Shown here: one piece after another, positions 1-13,580 of the stretch | Numbering within the stretch: the stretch's first letter is position 1 | Layout: each line of letters begins with the position of its first letter | Translations under genes and position numbers: made by a program | Notes under the pieces: model-generated | What the model was told of the DNA's origin: nothing | The model's database searches: none | Seen by the model: only the letters and a program-made list of their open reading frames with translations | Assembly (NCBI GenBank): GCA_964016885.1 | Contig: OZ024742.1 | Location: 276,582,001-276,646,000 of the forward strand | Source: Eledone cirrhosa | Lineage: Eukaryota | Direction of reading: 5' to 3' | Length of the DNA stretch: 64,000 bases

Positions 1-289
1 AAAGATCGACAATACTTTCCTTCAAAATGTGTGTCCTTGTGTCTATGTCATGAATTATTATTCTCAACCAGTGGGTGGTTACGTAGTTGCTTTAAAAAAT
101 TCCAAGTTTGGTGTGTCCATGTTTCCGTTGTATATTCAGCTGAAGCCATCGTTTCATCGCTCCAAATAGATAAAAATCAGTACCACTAAAATTCCTGACC
201 GATTAAAAGAATTTAACATTTTATACTAGTTTAAATACACACACCCACACACACATTATATATATATATATATAGGTTTCCACCTGTTT

Positions 290-505
290 GTGATGGAGGC
301 TCAGATCTGTGCTTATCTCAGTTTCCTTGGCATTAAGCGACTAAGAGTACAAACATATGCCAATTCATTGTGGGGTTAAACCCCAGCTACTGCTGGTACT
401 CATTTTCAGCTGAATATAGAGCAACGTGAAATGAAGTGTTTTACTCAAGATCCCAACACATAATCTGGTCCAGCAATTGAACCTATGACATTATGACTAT
501 GCGCC
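290..505 (-). mobile_element. tRNA-derived SINE, CORE-like, degenerate
   Basis: Plus-strand ggtactcattttcagctga...gagcaacgtgaaatgaagtgttttactcaagatcccaacaca...aattgaacc is the reverse complement of a B-box (ggttcaat) followed by a CORE-like tgtgttg..tcttgag.aa.acacttcatttcacgttgctc body. Family name is from memory. Confidence 0.55.
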
Positions 506-3209
506 GTTACTATATATACGTTTGTGTGTGTGTCTGTGTTACTGTGTGTATGATAGGAAATTGGCAGAGATGAGGGAGGGTGCTGGTAGCATAGCCTTCT
601 ACGATGCCTTGTGAGATTCTTTGATGGAGCAATATGCTTCTTCACCATTCCGCATTTGCGCCAATAAGTTTCAAAATATTCGGACAAAAACTATTCTATT
701 AAAGAACCGTAGCCTGTAAAAAGAAAACTACTAAGGACATGATTTGTGACCAACGAATTTATCACAGTAGCATTATGTTCTTTATTCTAAGAGTATAAAG
801 TAATATCATCTCATCTTTTGTCATAAACATGAGACACACCGACTGGTTCCAGAACAGCTGGAGTATTAGGTGAGACTTCATTACAATGTTGATTCTGAAT
901 ATCTTGAAAGCATAGTGGTGTTTAAATAGCAAGAAAGCCCATGTAATCCAAAGCAGTTGATAGACCTTCTGTAGAGACATTTATATGAAATACAATTATT
1001 GGTGCTTACTTTCAATGCCATTGCTATTTGTAATCCACTACCACTTAATAAATTGCCAATGTCTGCAAATGGCAGATCATTAATTTTTGCAGCCAAATCT
1101 TTTTCCCTGAGTAGTTAATATGAGCTTGTGTGAATTCATTTAGAAAATATCAAAACAGCATTCCGTACTTGCCTTATTTAAAGGATCCTCCTTGTTGGTA
1201 TTTGTGCACTTCGTTAATCACAACCATTTTCCTAAGAAAATTAGAATTCCCATTAATGAAGTAGAGGATGCAGTTTGCTTAAAGCAAAGAAACAAGGCAA
1301 AAGAGGTCTTTTCAGCTACAGAAACTCTATCTACCATTATGCAATGGAAAGAGGCTTATATTCAGACTAGTTTGAAAAAAAAAAAAAAAAAAAATGGTAT
1401 TATCATGAGCCACTATTCTATCATGGTCTGATTTTAATATCTTAGCAGTCTAATATCTGGTTTGAATTTCAAATTGCAACTGCTTGTCTTATCGTCATAT
1501 ATTCTTTGTTTCCTAAATAGAAAGGCATGGATGTCAACTCTCTTTTCATACTTTTCTACAAATATAGGACTCTTGATTATTTAGATTAATTTTATCAAGC
1601 ACTATAATTTATGTCATCTAAGATGTTTTCTTTACTTCTAATATACATTCAAACTGTCTGTTAGCACAAAGAGTTGTACTTTGTATGTCACAGAGAACAG
1701 AGGAGGGTGCCACTAAATTTATAACAGCTTTTTTAGACTGGAGTCATACTTTTTAATTATGAGTTTCTTTCTTTCTCCCATGTTGGTCAACTTTACATAC
1801 ATGTCAGCAGGCTGTTAACTGTCTGCCAGTAAATCTGTCCTGCCATTTAGCAAGTACACACCCAGTTATTATTTGTTTTGTGTTTCTTCTGCTGACATAT
1901 TAGATATATTTTTTAGTTTTAAATTGTACCCTCTATTTCATGATTTGTACAAAACTAATTATAATTATTGCTTTCTTAGACACAATGCCAATCTTGTAAA
2001 AAGAAAATTATTATTTAGCCATTGATCAAGTATATCACAGGCATTCCAATTGTGACTATCCTGCCTTTTGAGGTGTATGTAGTACTACATTGTCCAATGT
2101 GCTTTTTCAGGGACATGATTTAAGGGAGATTTGACTGTTTTTCTAGCAGGTCAAATGACTATGTAGAGAATCGCTTTGTTAGTTTGTAAGGGAATATTTT
2201 AAAGGAATACATCATCATTTAACATTTATTTTCCATGCTTGCAATGGGTTAGAAATCAGCACTGTTGGGGTAATGAAAGCAGATTTGACTCCAGTGTAAT
2301 TTGAACCCTGATGAGATACAAAACCTATTGACAGAAAGCAGTTTTTCCATTTGGATATTGTGTTCGTCTTTACAGAAATGACTTTCAGTTTGCAAATAGG
2401 AGAAATGCAATCATGTGAAATATTTAAGTACCAGTTGTATAGCATATGACTGGTACTTCTTTAGTTCATCTAGGACAGATGAAACTTTGATGAGATTCAA
2501 ACATAGAGAAATGTAATTAACTACTACAAGTCATTATAATTTTAGTTGTTCAGTTAACTGATTCTGCCACACCACTACCACCTTATGACTACAGATATTG
2601 ATATAGGTGTATAATGGATTTGATCCACTGTTTCATTGGTACTTATTTTATGGACGCCAGAGGAATGAAAGAATGCCCTGGCAACATTTGATTTCAGAAC
2701 AAAAATCTACATGCCCAACCTCAAGAGCAAGAAACCACTACTACGTACCCACCTGCATGTACAGCACCCATTGAAAACCACATGAATATACTCACAGGGC
2801 ACATTGATTTCATCTGTGCATGATGGTTAGTGCGGGGGGCACATGAAATGGTGTGGAATGTTTTTGTGTGTATCCATGTCTATGTGTGTTTGTGAGTTTG
2901 TATATGTATACACAACAATAGGCAGAACACATACCCCTTGAAACACCCACAACACTCCTCCTCCTTTAGGGTTTTACCCCTTTTTTTTTCTCACCCACAC
3001 CACAACTCCAATCAAGTCTCAACACTAAGCATCTGTATAAGACAACCGTCAGGATTTACAACCAGTCTACCACTCTACTATCCAACAGTTATGCAGCACA
3101 AAGTACCTGTGCACGGATATGCCCACACACATGTGCACAGGTACTCGGGTATGCACATGTATGCATGCACTTAGTTCATTTACACTTTGCCATTCATGTA
3201 CATTATTAT

Positions 3210-3340
3210 TATTATTACACATCCATCAGAGTAGGCATGCTTCATTTTTTTCCAGTCTTCGTATGTCCCCTGCACATAGTGCTCAGGTCTCATTACCATG
3301 CAACATTGTTGTTCGTATGCACACATCATACAGTCTGTCT
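3210..3340 (-). mobile_element. RTE-clade LINE fragment (RT C-terminal region)
   Basis: Nucleotide match to 58300-58420 (tcattaccatgcaacattgttgttcgtatgcacacatcatacagtctg); minus strand reads RLYDVCIRTTMLHGNE. Confidence 0.75.
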
Positions 3341-3650
3341 TTATATATATATGCTATGTTATGTGCTCTTAACTTTTGATCGAATCTTAGAGTTGCTATA
3401 GCAATATACGGTGTACCTTGAGCATTTAAACTTGGTGGAACTCATCCTTCTCCAGGTCTGAACACAGCTGAATTCTTCCAGAGAAAGAGGAAGAAAGAAA
3501 GATATAGAGAATGGACTGGTAACTTATTCATTGATCTTGAAATGATGAAAAGGAAAATTGACCGTAGCTGGATTTGAACTGAGAGCACAGTGAGCCAGGC
3601 AGTAGCACCAACATAGTAGGATTCATAATCGAGGCATATACGAATGCATT

Positions 3651-3688
3651 ACAATTGAAATCCACATTCCAAAGTGGATTTCAATTGT
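3651..3688. repeat. Perfect 15-bp inverted repeat with 8-nt loop
   Basis: acaattgaaatccac (3651-3665) / gtggatttcaattgt (3674-3688). Confidence 0.9.
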
Positions 3689-4746
3689 TTTATGATAAGT
3701 TCTGTTTGATGTCAGGTATGGCCACGTCATTATTATATAAATTCATTAGTTAATTTATAAAATAATGATCTTAGAAAGTTATTTAGTACCTATTTTAATC
3801 ATCAAACTCTTCAAAAACTTTAAATCCTGAAAATATTCAATCCCAGATTCCAGAAGTGCTCACTTAAGTGGATGTCCTGACACTTGGCATAGATAAGATT
3901 ATATATAATAAAAATACATGTCTTACTATGGGTGTTTTAAGCTGTGATCATGTCACATCTACCTCAGTAGCTGTTTGAGAACACTAAATACTAGTCTTTC
4001 AGGTTTTTCTTTTATCCAATTTTAGTTTAGTTTGCTTGCTTGTAACTGAGGCAAAATAAGCTATTGCTTATATATGGATTTTGCTTAAGAAACAACTGCG
4101 GTGATGCTCATTTACATATTGTGTGAGCTTGCAGGACTGGTAATAATTAGCAGTAGCACTATGACGTGATTCATAACAGAGGCGTATAGGCAAACAGGGA
4201 AAAACACGTCAAAAGGATAGACTGTAAAGCTTAATTTATTGTCATACTCATACCGCACTTATCTCCCTTGAATAGTTTTTATTATTTTTACATTTTATTA
4301 TTTTTGCTAAAGTTGAATGTCACCTGAAAGCTTTTTTACATTTAACTTTTAAATGATATTACTTTTTGAGTTGACGGTTTTTGTAACATTTATAGAATAA
4401 CTGAATTAATAGAACTGTGGGGATTGAACTGCAAAGCAAGTTTAGTTTGTGATGTTATTTCAATTTGTATTTGAAACCAATTCATTTACATCACTAATGC
4501 CATTAGAAAGTTATAAGTATCCCTGGTCATCTCTTCTGAAATATGAGGCCTGTAAAATAGAAAGACTTCTGCTGAGCTGAGACTATGATTTGGTTTCGAT
4601 TTAGGGTTACAACACTTTCAATTCATTATATATTTAATAATTCTTTTAAGAAATGCTTGGACAGCACACAATCTCGAATCTGTTCTACACTGAAATTGTG
4701 TGCTTATATAAGATATCAATCATAAATTTAAATTTTAAAAATTGCT

Positions 4747-4924
4747 CAACCCTCTCGTTACTGTATTTCTCATGTTTCAATTTATTTTGAAAATAACCAA
4801 AAATTTGAAGCAATTTAATACAATAACTTTTTTATTAGTAAGCTGTAAAATGGAAGGTTTTTTAATATAAGGATATATCATAAAAGCAGCCTGCTTTCAG
4901 GTGGTGTGATATCAAAAGGGTTAA
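4747..4924. mobile_element. piggyBac-type MITE family A (TTAA-CCCTTT...AAAGGG-TTAA)
   Basis: caaccctctcgttac...gatatcaaaagggttaa. Related copies at 12254-12512 and 33604-33839; partial copies near 8200-8300, 10490-10645, 42690-42890 and 43180-43450. Confidence 0.65.
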
Positions 4925-5388
4925 ATTAGTATTGCAAGGTTAAAATTTTAAAACTCGTTTTCAATCAGTGCAAAGTTCATTCATTACCCTGCTAGCTTTT
5001 ATCTGTTGAGCTAAAAAAAAAAAAGATTCTACCTCTACTTCATGGTTAAATGGCTAGTAGTAGTTAATATTCTAAAAGTACTACATTTTATTTGCAAATA
5101 TCCAAATTTGGTTTGCCCTCATTCATCTATTTTGCATGGAAGAACTGGATGTAAAACAGTTAATTATTAATGTTAAATTTTCAAGTTGTTTAAAATAGTC
5201 CTAAAATATTAATAAGAAAAAAAGTTTTTTACTATTTAATATTTTGTGTACACTCGGTAATAGAAATGAAATATTGTTACTACTAATAATAATTGTTTCT
5301 AACAATGGCACACATCTACTGACCTCAGTACATGACTAGGATGTTATTTTATTAACAATGCAAGGATTTGAAATCAGAACATAAAGAG

Positions 5389-5960
5389 ATAATAATAATA
5401 ATAATGAAATTATTGTGTAAAGTGCTCAGGTGCACTACAACTCGTCAATATAGTACATAGAATAATACACAAATGCCAGGGAAGTACATGTTTGTATGTG
5501 TTAGCTGTAGTGTTGGCGGATCTCGGGAAGCATGGAGGCCTTAAAGGATGCAGTGTCTCGACAGCTAACAACTGATGCAGGTAGTTTGTTCCATGCTTCA
5601 GCAACTCTGAGCGTGAAAAAATGTTTCCGAAAGTCATGGGAACTGTGCTGTTTTCTTACTTTGTGGGCATGTCCACGTGTGTTAGACACATGGAAATCGA
5701 AAAGGCACTCAGGGTTGTTGTTGGCAACATGGTTAACAATTTTGTGGGTGTTTACCAAGTCAGTTGCCAGGCGTCGGAGCTTCAATGAATCCATGCCCAG
5801 GGAAGCAAGGCGCTCAGAGTATGGTAGATGCCTGATGGAGGGTATTCGCTTGGTTGCACGTCTCTGAACAGTTTCCAGGCGGTCAATGTCCTGAGCAAGA
5901 TAGGGGTTCCAGACTGGTGATGCAAATTCTAAGAGTGGTCGCACCATAGCTGTATACAGA
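5389..5960 (-). mobile_element. CR1-clade LINE, 5'-truncated 3' end
   Basis: ORF 5501-5947: VRPLLEFASPVWNPY...LETVQRRATK...TRGH...RKHFFTLRVAEAWNKLP is a typical CR1/L2 RT C-terminus, followed by a short 3'UTR and an (ATT)n tail at 5389-5405. The frame is uninterrupted, suggesting a young copy. Confidence 0.92.
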
Positions 5961-6254
5961 TATACCTAAACACTACAAGGCATTTAATTTATCACTCTAC
6001 TGTTTTTGTCACAGTAACATTATTATAAGGTAGCAGATGGCAAGGCACCTAACACTTAGTATTTAGTTATGTTCCTTTTGTTCTTAGAACACATTTCACT
6101 GGAGTCAACTTTCACTCTTTATTCTTTCGAGGAAGAAAGAGGGTAATTTATTGTAAAATAATTACCAGTCATATATTAGGGTTGATCCATTTGATTAAAC
6201 CACTTCAATAGAAATTCTTGTCCCTCTGCCATAGCAGGGAAACGCATAAATGAT

Positions 6255-6480
6255 AGTAAATGCATTCAGTACATTCTGTAAAGTAGTTGCGCTGGTGCTA
6301 CAATAAAAAGCACCCAGTACCACTATAAAATAGTTGGCATTAGGAAGGGTATCCAGCCATAGAAGCCATACCAAAATGGAACGTATGAGCAAGATATGGT
6401 CCGCTGACTTTTCTAGCCTCAGACTGTAACAACCCATCCAACTCATGTCAGCACGGAAAATGGATGAAAAATGATTGATG
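6255..6480 (+). mobile_element. SINE with Meta-domain-like core and (TGA)n tail
   Basis: gttggcattaggaagggtatccagccatagaa core and aactcatgtcagcacggaaaa...tga tail. Many other copies: 11280-11390 -, 14497-14672 +, 20965-21110 -, 23090-23600 -, 24490-24672 +, 39560-39650 +, 49490-49785 +, 54495-54710 -, 55960-56190 -, 57460-57690 +, 57696-57950 -, 63636-63830 -. Domain name is from memory. Confidence 0.7.
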
Positions 6481-7492
6481 TTAGTAATATATTACAGCAT
6501 TCAATATGACTTTTGAAGCTTTCAATAAATGTTCAAAAGCTTGAGAGTCAGCTTATATAAAAGGTATAAAATTTGAATCTTTGATCTACAGTTATAGATT
6601 GTTGCAAATGTTAAAATTTTATTCTCAGTTTATAAAATGTCTCTATTAAATTTGTGATTCTATAAATGTCTGACTATATTGCTTCATTATTTGATCATTG
6701 ATTATATCTTTCAACTATCTATTTTCATTATCATATTCATTTAGTTACTTGTGTGTGTGTATTGACACTCTTTCCTTCACTTTCTACTCTTAAATACTTA
6801 GTCTAGATATATCCTCACACATTCCTCTTCACTATATAATTCTCATTCACTATATTCTTCTAACTGGGGTAGATATACTTTCTCTGGCTAAAAATAAGTT
6901 AACTACTGGTTACTTTTCACCAGCTACATGGAATCAAAATGGACACTTGCTTATCATTATTTTGTCAATAACCCGCCCACCTTTTCTTTTACTTGGCTTT
7001 CTTTTTCTTTCTTTCTTACTTCCTTTCTTCTTTTCGTTCATTCATTCATTCATTCACTCATTTCCCCTTATTATTAATTATCCTCTTTGTTATGTGTGAC
7101 TATTCTCTTTTTGGTTCATCTGTCTGTGACTGACTCTCTAAATTCAGTAGTTCCTTGACTGTCTAGTTATATATTTGCTATCTATTGTTTTACTCCACTC
7201 TCAAACTGTTTTATGTCACCATTTGTATCTTACTTCTTATTCTAGATTCACCCAGGTTGTTTATTTCATCTCAGCAGCAGTTTCAAAAGTTTTTATGTCA
7301 CTTTGATATGCTTGTTATATATTTTTTATTCATTCCTTTAATCCTTTCATTACCAAACTGTCTAAAACTGACCCTGGGTTTTATTTAAGAACTTTTGATA
7401 AATAAGCATAATGTATTGAACTTATATGGTGAAATAAATAAAGAGAAAGTGATGTCCAAACAAGTATCCTTCACCTCCAACTAACTTAGCCT

Positions 7493-7925
7493 TCACATAT
7501 GTGACTCGGCTGACAGTATGGAGAATACTTTGCCCTGGAGAATGGCTAGAGAGACATGCTGGAACAGCCGCTTCACCTCGCGTGGCTTGCACCTACAGGG
7601 GGCCAACTCTGCTCCGATAAGACTGAGTAGGGATGTGGTCTGGGATGGGCCAAGAACGCCAGAAATCTCCACTGCTACAAGCTCTATCACAAACCTATTA
7701 GAGAGCAGCCAATACTTGCCCTCTTCAGCTTGGCAGGCAGCAGAGCCAGGGCTGGTAATCAAACACATCAGATCGCCACTAGTGTAGGTGTCACAGCTTG
7801 TGGTATCCCAGATGAGGAGTCTACTCCCACAGAACGGGAAGATTGTCATGCTGTCTGGCCTTTTGCTATCCCTTTAGTCCAACTGAGAAGGGAAGCCTGC
7901 AGCATCCAGGCCATGCTTTATGATC
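7493..7925 (-). mobile_element. CRE-like non-LTR retrotransposon, C-terminal REL endonuclease remnant
   Basis: Minus strand reads DSKRPDSMTIFPF...LLIWDTTSCDT...AEEGKY...VAVEISGVLGP...LFQHVSLAILQGK, matching the RPD...WD.T..D...E..K...E..G REL motif order. Confidence 0.8.
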
Positions 7926-10900
7926 TTTTTTTAATTTCCAAACAGCTTAATAAGGAGAAACTTCTTCTTTTCCTCCTCCATATATATATATATATATATA
8001 TATATGGTGCTTTAAATGAAAACAAAATAAATACCAGTCAAGTAATTGGCTTTAGTCTCCCCTCTCTTTCTCCTCCTTCCAAGAAAGTATTGGGTGTAGA
8101 GTCTTCAAAAGAGCCTTATTGGAAGCATCCATCTCAAATGGGATTAACTAAGGTTATGAATGTTATCCAGCCACCTTGCTTATGATCTATCTCTGGGTCT
8201 CCTGCTGGTTAATTATATTACTAAATCCTTCCAAATTCTTGATTATTTGAAAACTATAGACAGTGTCTTTCATAAGAAGTATGGTAACAAAATGGTTGAC
8301 ATTCTGAGTTCAAATTTTGCCAGAGTCCTCTTTTTCTTTTAATTCTTCTGGGCCAATAAAATAAGTACCAGGTACTTACTGATGCCAATTCAATAGGTAT
8401 AAACCTCACTCTTACAAATGTGTAACCCAGTATCAATGTAAGAAAAATTATTGGTACAATTAAATTAACAAAGACTCAGTAATTGAATTTCTTGTGGCAT
8501 ATCATCCTCATCATCATCTTTATTTTTATATGAGTTTTTTCATGCTGTCATGGGTTAGATGACACTATTTTGAGGCAGTAGTCTATGGCCTGATGCAAAC
8601 CCTTAAGTAAGTTACTGATCTTTGCACATCAAATCACTGAGCTGCAGAACATAAACAAATGCTTCTGATTGTCCAAATGATGTTAGTGCTAAATAAAGAC
8701 ATATGCAGAGAGAAATACACTCACATATTTTATATACACCACTTGCTTCTGTACAGTTTTAGTTACCAATTTCACTCACAAGGCATTGGCCACAATTTTG
8801 AAAGAGATGACTGGAGCTAATTGAATCATCTCTGTGCATCTTTAGTATATATCTTAATAATTTTGGAAGGAGTAATAAAAAATTTGTTCTGAATAGAATT
8901 GAACCCAGAGCATAAGCAAAACTAAGTACTGTGAAACATTCAATTCAAATACAAGTATTTGAATTTGTAGGCAGAGGAAGTCTAAGCTTGCATGGAGCCT
9001 CAGGCTGAAAATTTATTCGGAGGTCCTTGTGTATTATTTTTGGTAGCCAAAAAATAATTTGAGGCCCTTTAAATACTGTGGAGCTCCTGACTACAGGACA
9101 CTCAGCCCCTACTCCACTCTTAATTTGTTAATGCTTGTCGAATTCTTTAATCCATAGTAGTAATCTTCTTGGGGTGTCAATCTTCTGGTTGAATGCTTAA
9201 CTCCACCAATGACATCAACCTTTTAAAGATAACCTATGATCTGTTGTGTGTTGTATAGTGCAAACCTGGAAGGCCATGTTTACAGGGTAGCTTGCAACTG
9301 GCAGACAGTTCAGTGGTTTATATTCTGTATTGTGCTCATGGTTATCTCTAAAACAGTCTGATCTAACTAGCTGTAAATATGCACTATGGGTAGAAATAAT
9401 AAACTGCTGTTTTGTTAGCTTTTGATATTGGAGTCAACTTTTCATGTGAGTATAGTTCTAGGCCCTCTACATGAAATGCAAGTCTCTGTGGTGCCTCTAT
9501 GATACAATGGTTTATGGGTTTATGAGGAAAAGTTACAAGCAGAACCACTTTTTATTGGAGTCTTGTTTGGTTTTTATGAGTTAATATGCTAACGTTAAAA
9601 TAGATTGAAAAACAACAAAAAACGAAATTGTTAAGGTTTGTTCTGAAAATAGCTGATTTGGAGAGAAAAATATGAAGAGAAAAACTGTAGAAAATTAAAC
9701 CAAAAAAGGACTTTGAAATATATTCCTGTTTGTTTTTTTTAATTTTCATTTTGTTACTTTCTCATTACAAATGATTTTGAAGTGAAAATGAAATATATAA
9801 ATTCTTTCAAAGAAAATAAATATTATCTCCAATACTATTTTGTTAAGAAATAGCAAACAATCATCTACCTCCTGCTAACATCCTAGATTCTATCATATTT
9901 CTTTCTATAAACATATGGATCCATAAACATATGGATGATAATATATGCATTTCTTTTGGAGTTATAATTAAAATAGACGAGTCTGCTGCTGAAATTTTCA
10001 TTTGATGTTAATTAATTATTTAATTAGCATTATAATGTTTGTTTGTGTGTGCTATTTTGATATTTAACCTTTATAGAATACCAAATAACCTAGTTATTTG
10101 ATTTATAAAGAACTGCATGCCAATTATCTATAGTGGATGAAGTTATACACAAGAGTCCACATAGAATATAATTATATGTGACTTCAGCTTTTAGTCAAGA
10201 TTATAAAGTCTTTGCTGTGATGGCTAAGGATCTATATATCTCATGGGATCGTGGAGCTTCACCTGGAAAGTTCTTCACGAAGATGCAGGCATAGGCAAGG
10301 TTTTTTTCTTGGGTGGGGGTGGAGACCAGCAGTTATTTGTGCAGCAAATCTCTCCTATCCATGCAACCTGTGTTCAAGGGAAAGGCTAAAGCTGAAACAC
10401 CTTGACACCAACATTGCAACAGGTAAAAAGTCAATTAAAAAATTCAAATTCCTTTGTGAACCAAATAATCTACCAGGAACAAAATAAGGGAAAAGTCTTA
10501 GTGTATCCTTACACATATCTCAAACTGACTAATATTTCATTTAATGTTTAAATAATAAAAACTTAATTTAAATATGCACACTTTAAAACGAATGTTTGTG
10601 CCCAAGAATATAGGTAGTCTCAGGTGGGTTAGTATCAAAAGGAATAACATATCTGAGGGACCAATCATTATTTTTCAGATCAGTTAATAAACTGATGCCT
10701 GGAGAATGAAATATTGGGTCTTGTACAAGAAAAATACTTGAAGTGCAATATGGACAATTGATCCAGCTGGTAAACGTTGTGGTCTAAACTTATATGCTTG
10801 TCTCTGTTACCATGGTAAATCTCTTTTCTTTTTTTTTTTTTAAATTATTTTACATGATTTATTCTCCAGTTTTAATCCTGTATGTTATAAATTGAAATAA

Positions 10901-12253
10901 TATAGATGCTGTTAACTTAAGCTTTAAAACAGCTTATTCAAATATCTTGATTGATCATCAGTGTGATATATATAATCTGAATTTCAATGCATGTATGTTG
11001 ATTAAGATGTTTAATTTCAGCTCTCCTTTGTGATAATCATTTTATATTTGTTTATGATATTACAAAAGGAAAACAACATTGAATGTTCCCCTGTAACCAA
11101 GGAGATAACAGCATTGAAATATGCATTTTGTTGCCAGTAGAGATTAAACTTGTCATTGATGTCTAGCTGAATTGTATATTGAAACAAAGAGTAGCAATAC
11201 ATGTTATATCAGTTACCTACCAGTTAGTTAATTCATGATTGTGGATTAGGTATACCCTGCTTGTTAGTTAACTCATCATCATCATCATCGTCGTTTTTAT
11301 GTCACTCTTCCATGCTGGCATAGGTTTGGATGGGATGGTTTGAAACAATGTTTTACAGCTGGATGCCCTTCCTCACACCAACCTTTTTAGTCACTCTTAT
11401 GACACAAGAATACAGTGTATCCCCCCACCCCCACCCGCCCCCTATTGGAATCCATCATTATGGATAAGTTAAGTATACCATAACTACATAAGTTTTTGCT
11501 ATGTCAGAATATTTTGTTTGAAAGTAGTTCTTTCCATTTTTTTACTTAGAAGGATAGAAACAATTTCATTAGCAATGATGCTCCAAGGTTTAGGGAAAGA
11601 CAATGTATCATAATCTTGATTATGATATATTGTTTTCATTCAAATCATTGTTCTGCTATTTTGTATTCTATCAGTAATTTGACATATACTGGAATGTTTT
11701 GTTATTGTCCTCATTGGTAGTGATAATAATGTCCCTAAGTGTGTGTATGAGGGATGTCAATGTCAAACTCTGGTTACTATTGTTTTATATCACTTATTTT
11801 TGTTTTTTAAATGGGTTAATCATACACTAAACCCGAGTTCAACTGTAAAATAAACCCCATATAATATGATATTCTAACAATGAAACTATTTCATAGAAAG
11901 TAAAGGAGTGTGCTTTGTTTGTAGCATCTGAATTTATATTGGCTTCAATCTCCTTATGAAAGGGTATAAAAAGGTGAAAACTTGATACATGCTGTTTTAA
12001 TAGTTTAAGATGTATTACCTGGTAAAGGTTTATTACTGTAACCTGTTTAATAACTACAATATTGACAGTTAATAGCTTTGTTGGATCATTTTTTTTGCAG
12101 ATATTTAACTGCTTTAGATGTAAATGAATCAGTAAATATTTGTCAAAACACATTTTCATATGTTTATTGCTGTATTCATTTGATCCTTTCGAATTCGGAG
12201 AATCTACTATCTCCATCCAAGTTTTCTCCAGCAAAATTATTTGTAAAAAAAGA

Positions 12254-12512
12254 TAACCCTTTTGATACTAAGTCACCTGAAACTTCCCCTGGCCCTATAA
12301 TATAAAATTATTTATTTTAAAGTGTTTATTAATCTAAAACCTTTCCAACATAATTTCATGTATGAACCTTTAAGTTATGTTCCAAACACCAGTTTAATAA
12401 TGAGGAAGTTAGTTATATTACTAAATCCTTCCAAATTCTTGATTGTTTTCCAAATGATTTGAAAATCATAATCATTGTCTTTCTTTAGAAATATGGGCAA
12501 CAAAAGGGTTAA
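12254..12512. mobile_element. piggyBac-type MITE family A
   Basis: taacccttttgatac ... caacaaaagggttaa termini; interior matches 33604-33839. Confidence 0.75.
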
Positions 12513-13339
12513 TTATCAGAATAAAACAGCCAGCTGTGGCCTGCATCAACATGAATTGAGCTAAGATGTATAACAATATAAGGTGGATATGTTGATGTAC
12601 TATGAGATGTTAAGATTTTAGACTACATCTTCAAAGAAGAAAGTAATAAAAATAATTCTATCTACATTCAAATATTTTTTTCTATAATATACTTTTTTGT
12701 ATTGGTCCTTTGACAATAGAGATTGGAAAAAGTTTTATATATATATAAGCCATTCATCTCTGTGGCTGCAAGCAGTCATGCACATGAATATGTAAATTAT
12801 TAATGGAATGGATTTCAATATTTGCTAGAAATGCTGCATTATTAATAACTTTAATTTCAAAAGATGGTGGATTGGCAGTATTTGTTTGGGCTCTTTACAT
12901 TCTGAGATGAAATCCTGCTGGGGTAAACTGCCTTTCCCCCCTCCTGGGTCGATAAAATAAAGTACCATTAAATAACTGGGTTATTACAATAGACTTTCTC
13001 TTCCTCATAAATTGCTGCCTTTGCTCCTAAATTAGAAATTATTATTGTAAAGTATGGAATTATTCGACAAGATTATCTTGTTCCTAGAAATTTACATAAG
13101 GTACAAGTATTAACTGACCATAATCCACTTCATACTAAAAGTTTTGATACTCTTTTTTTTTTCTTTTTGAGTTTGGTGCAGGTCCCTCACTGCAATTCTC
13201 TAAAGTATACTTATGTTTATTTATATAGAAATAATTCTTTTAAAAGCCAGGTGATTATATATGTCATAACTTTTCCAAATGATATAATAATTTCTAATTG
13301 AATTTGTTTGATAAAGCCCAGCTCTATTAAAAAAGATTG

Positions 13340-13580
13340 TGTATTAACTTTGGGTTGACCAATACCATACGAGTGAAATTTGGTGGGTAGTCTGTGTGGA
13401 AGCCGGTCTTATACATATATGTATATTTGTATTCATATCTGTTTGTTTACTAGTGTAAACCGATGTTACCTCCCTTTATATAAAAAAAAATAACTTAGCC
13501 TTTTGATGAAATAATCACTAAAATGCTTGAAGGCGGTGCTTCAGCATGGTCGCAGTCCAATTACTAAAACCAGTAAAATA
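13340..13580 (+). mobile_element. SINE 3' part (OR-like family with internal TA/TG repeat)
   Basis: gtgaaatttggt...tgtggaagcc...(TA/TG)...aaggcggtgcttcagcatggtcgcagtccaattactaaaaccagtaaaa. Related pieces at 8600-8790 -, 19070-19160 -, 19580-19710 + and 55262-55315 +. Confidence 0.5.

Noticed and set aside
762-1431. Short ORFs with an LPF...GSGL motif, possibly a LINE RT remnant
   Set aside because: Too degenerate to assign.
2300-2350. Other CTGATGA/TCATCAG hits (2308, 10956, 20879, 27124, 35398, 38005, 46156, 50610, 61166)
   Set aside because: No correctly placed GAAA, stem III and stem I partner.
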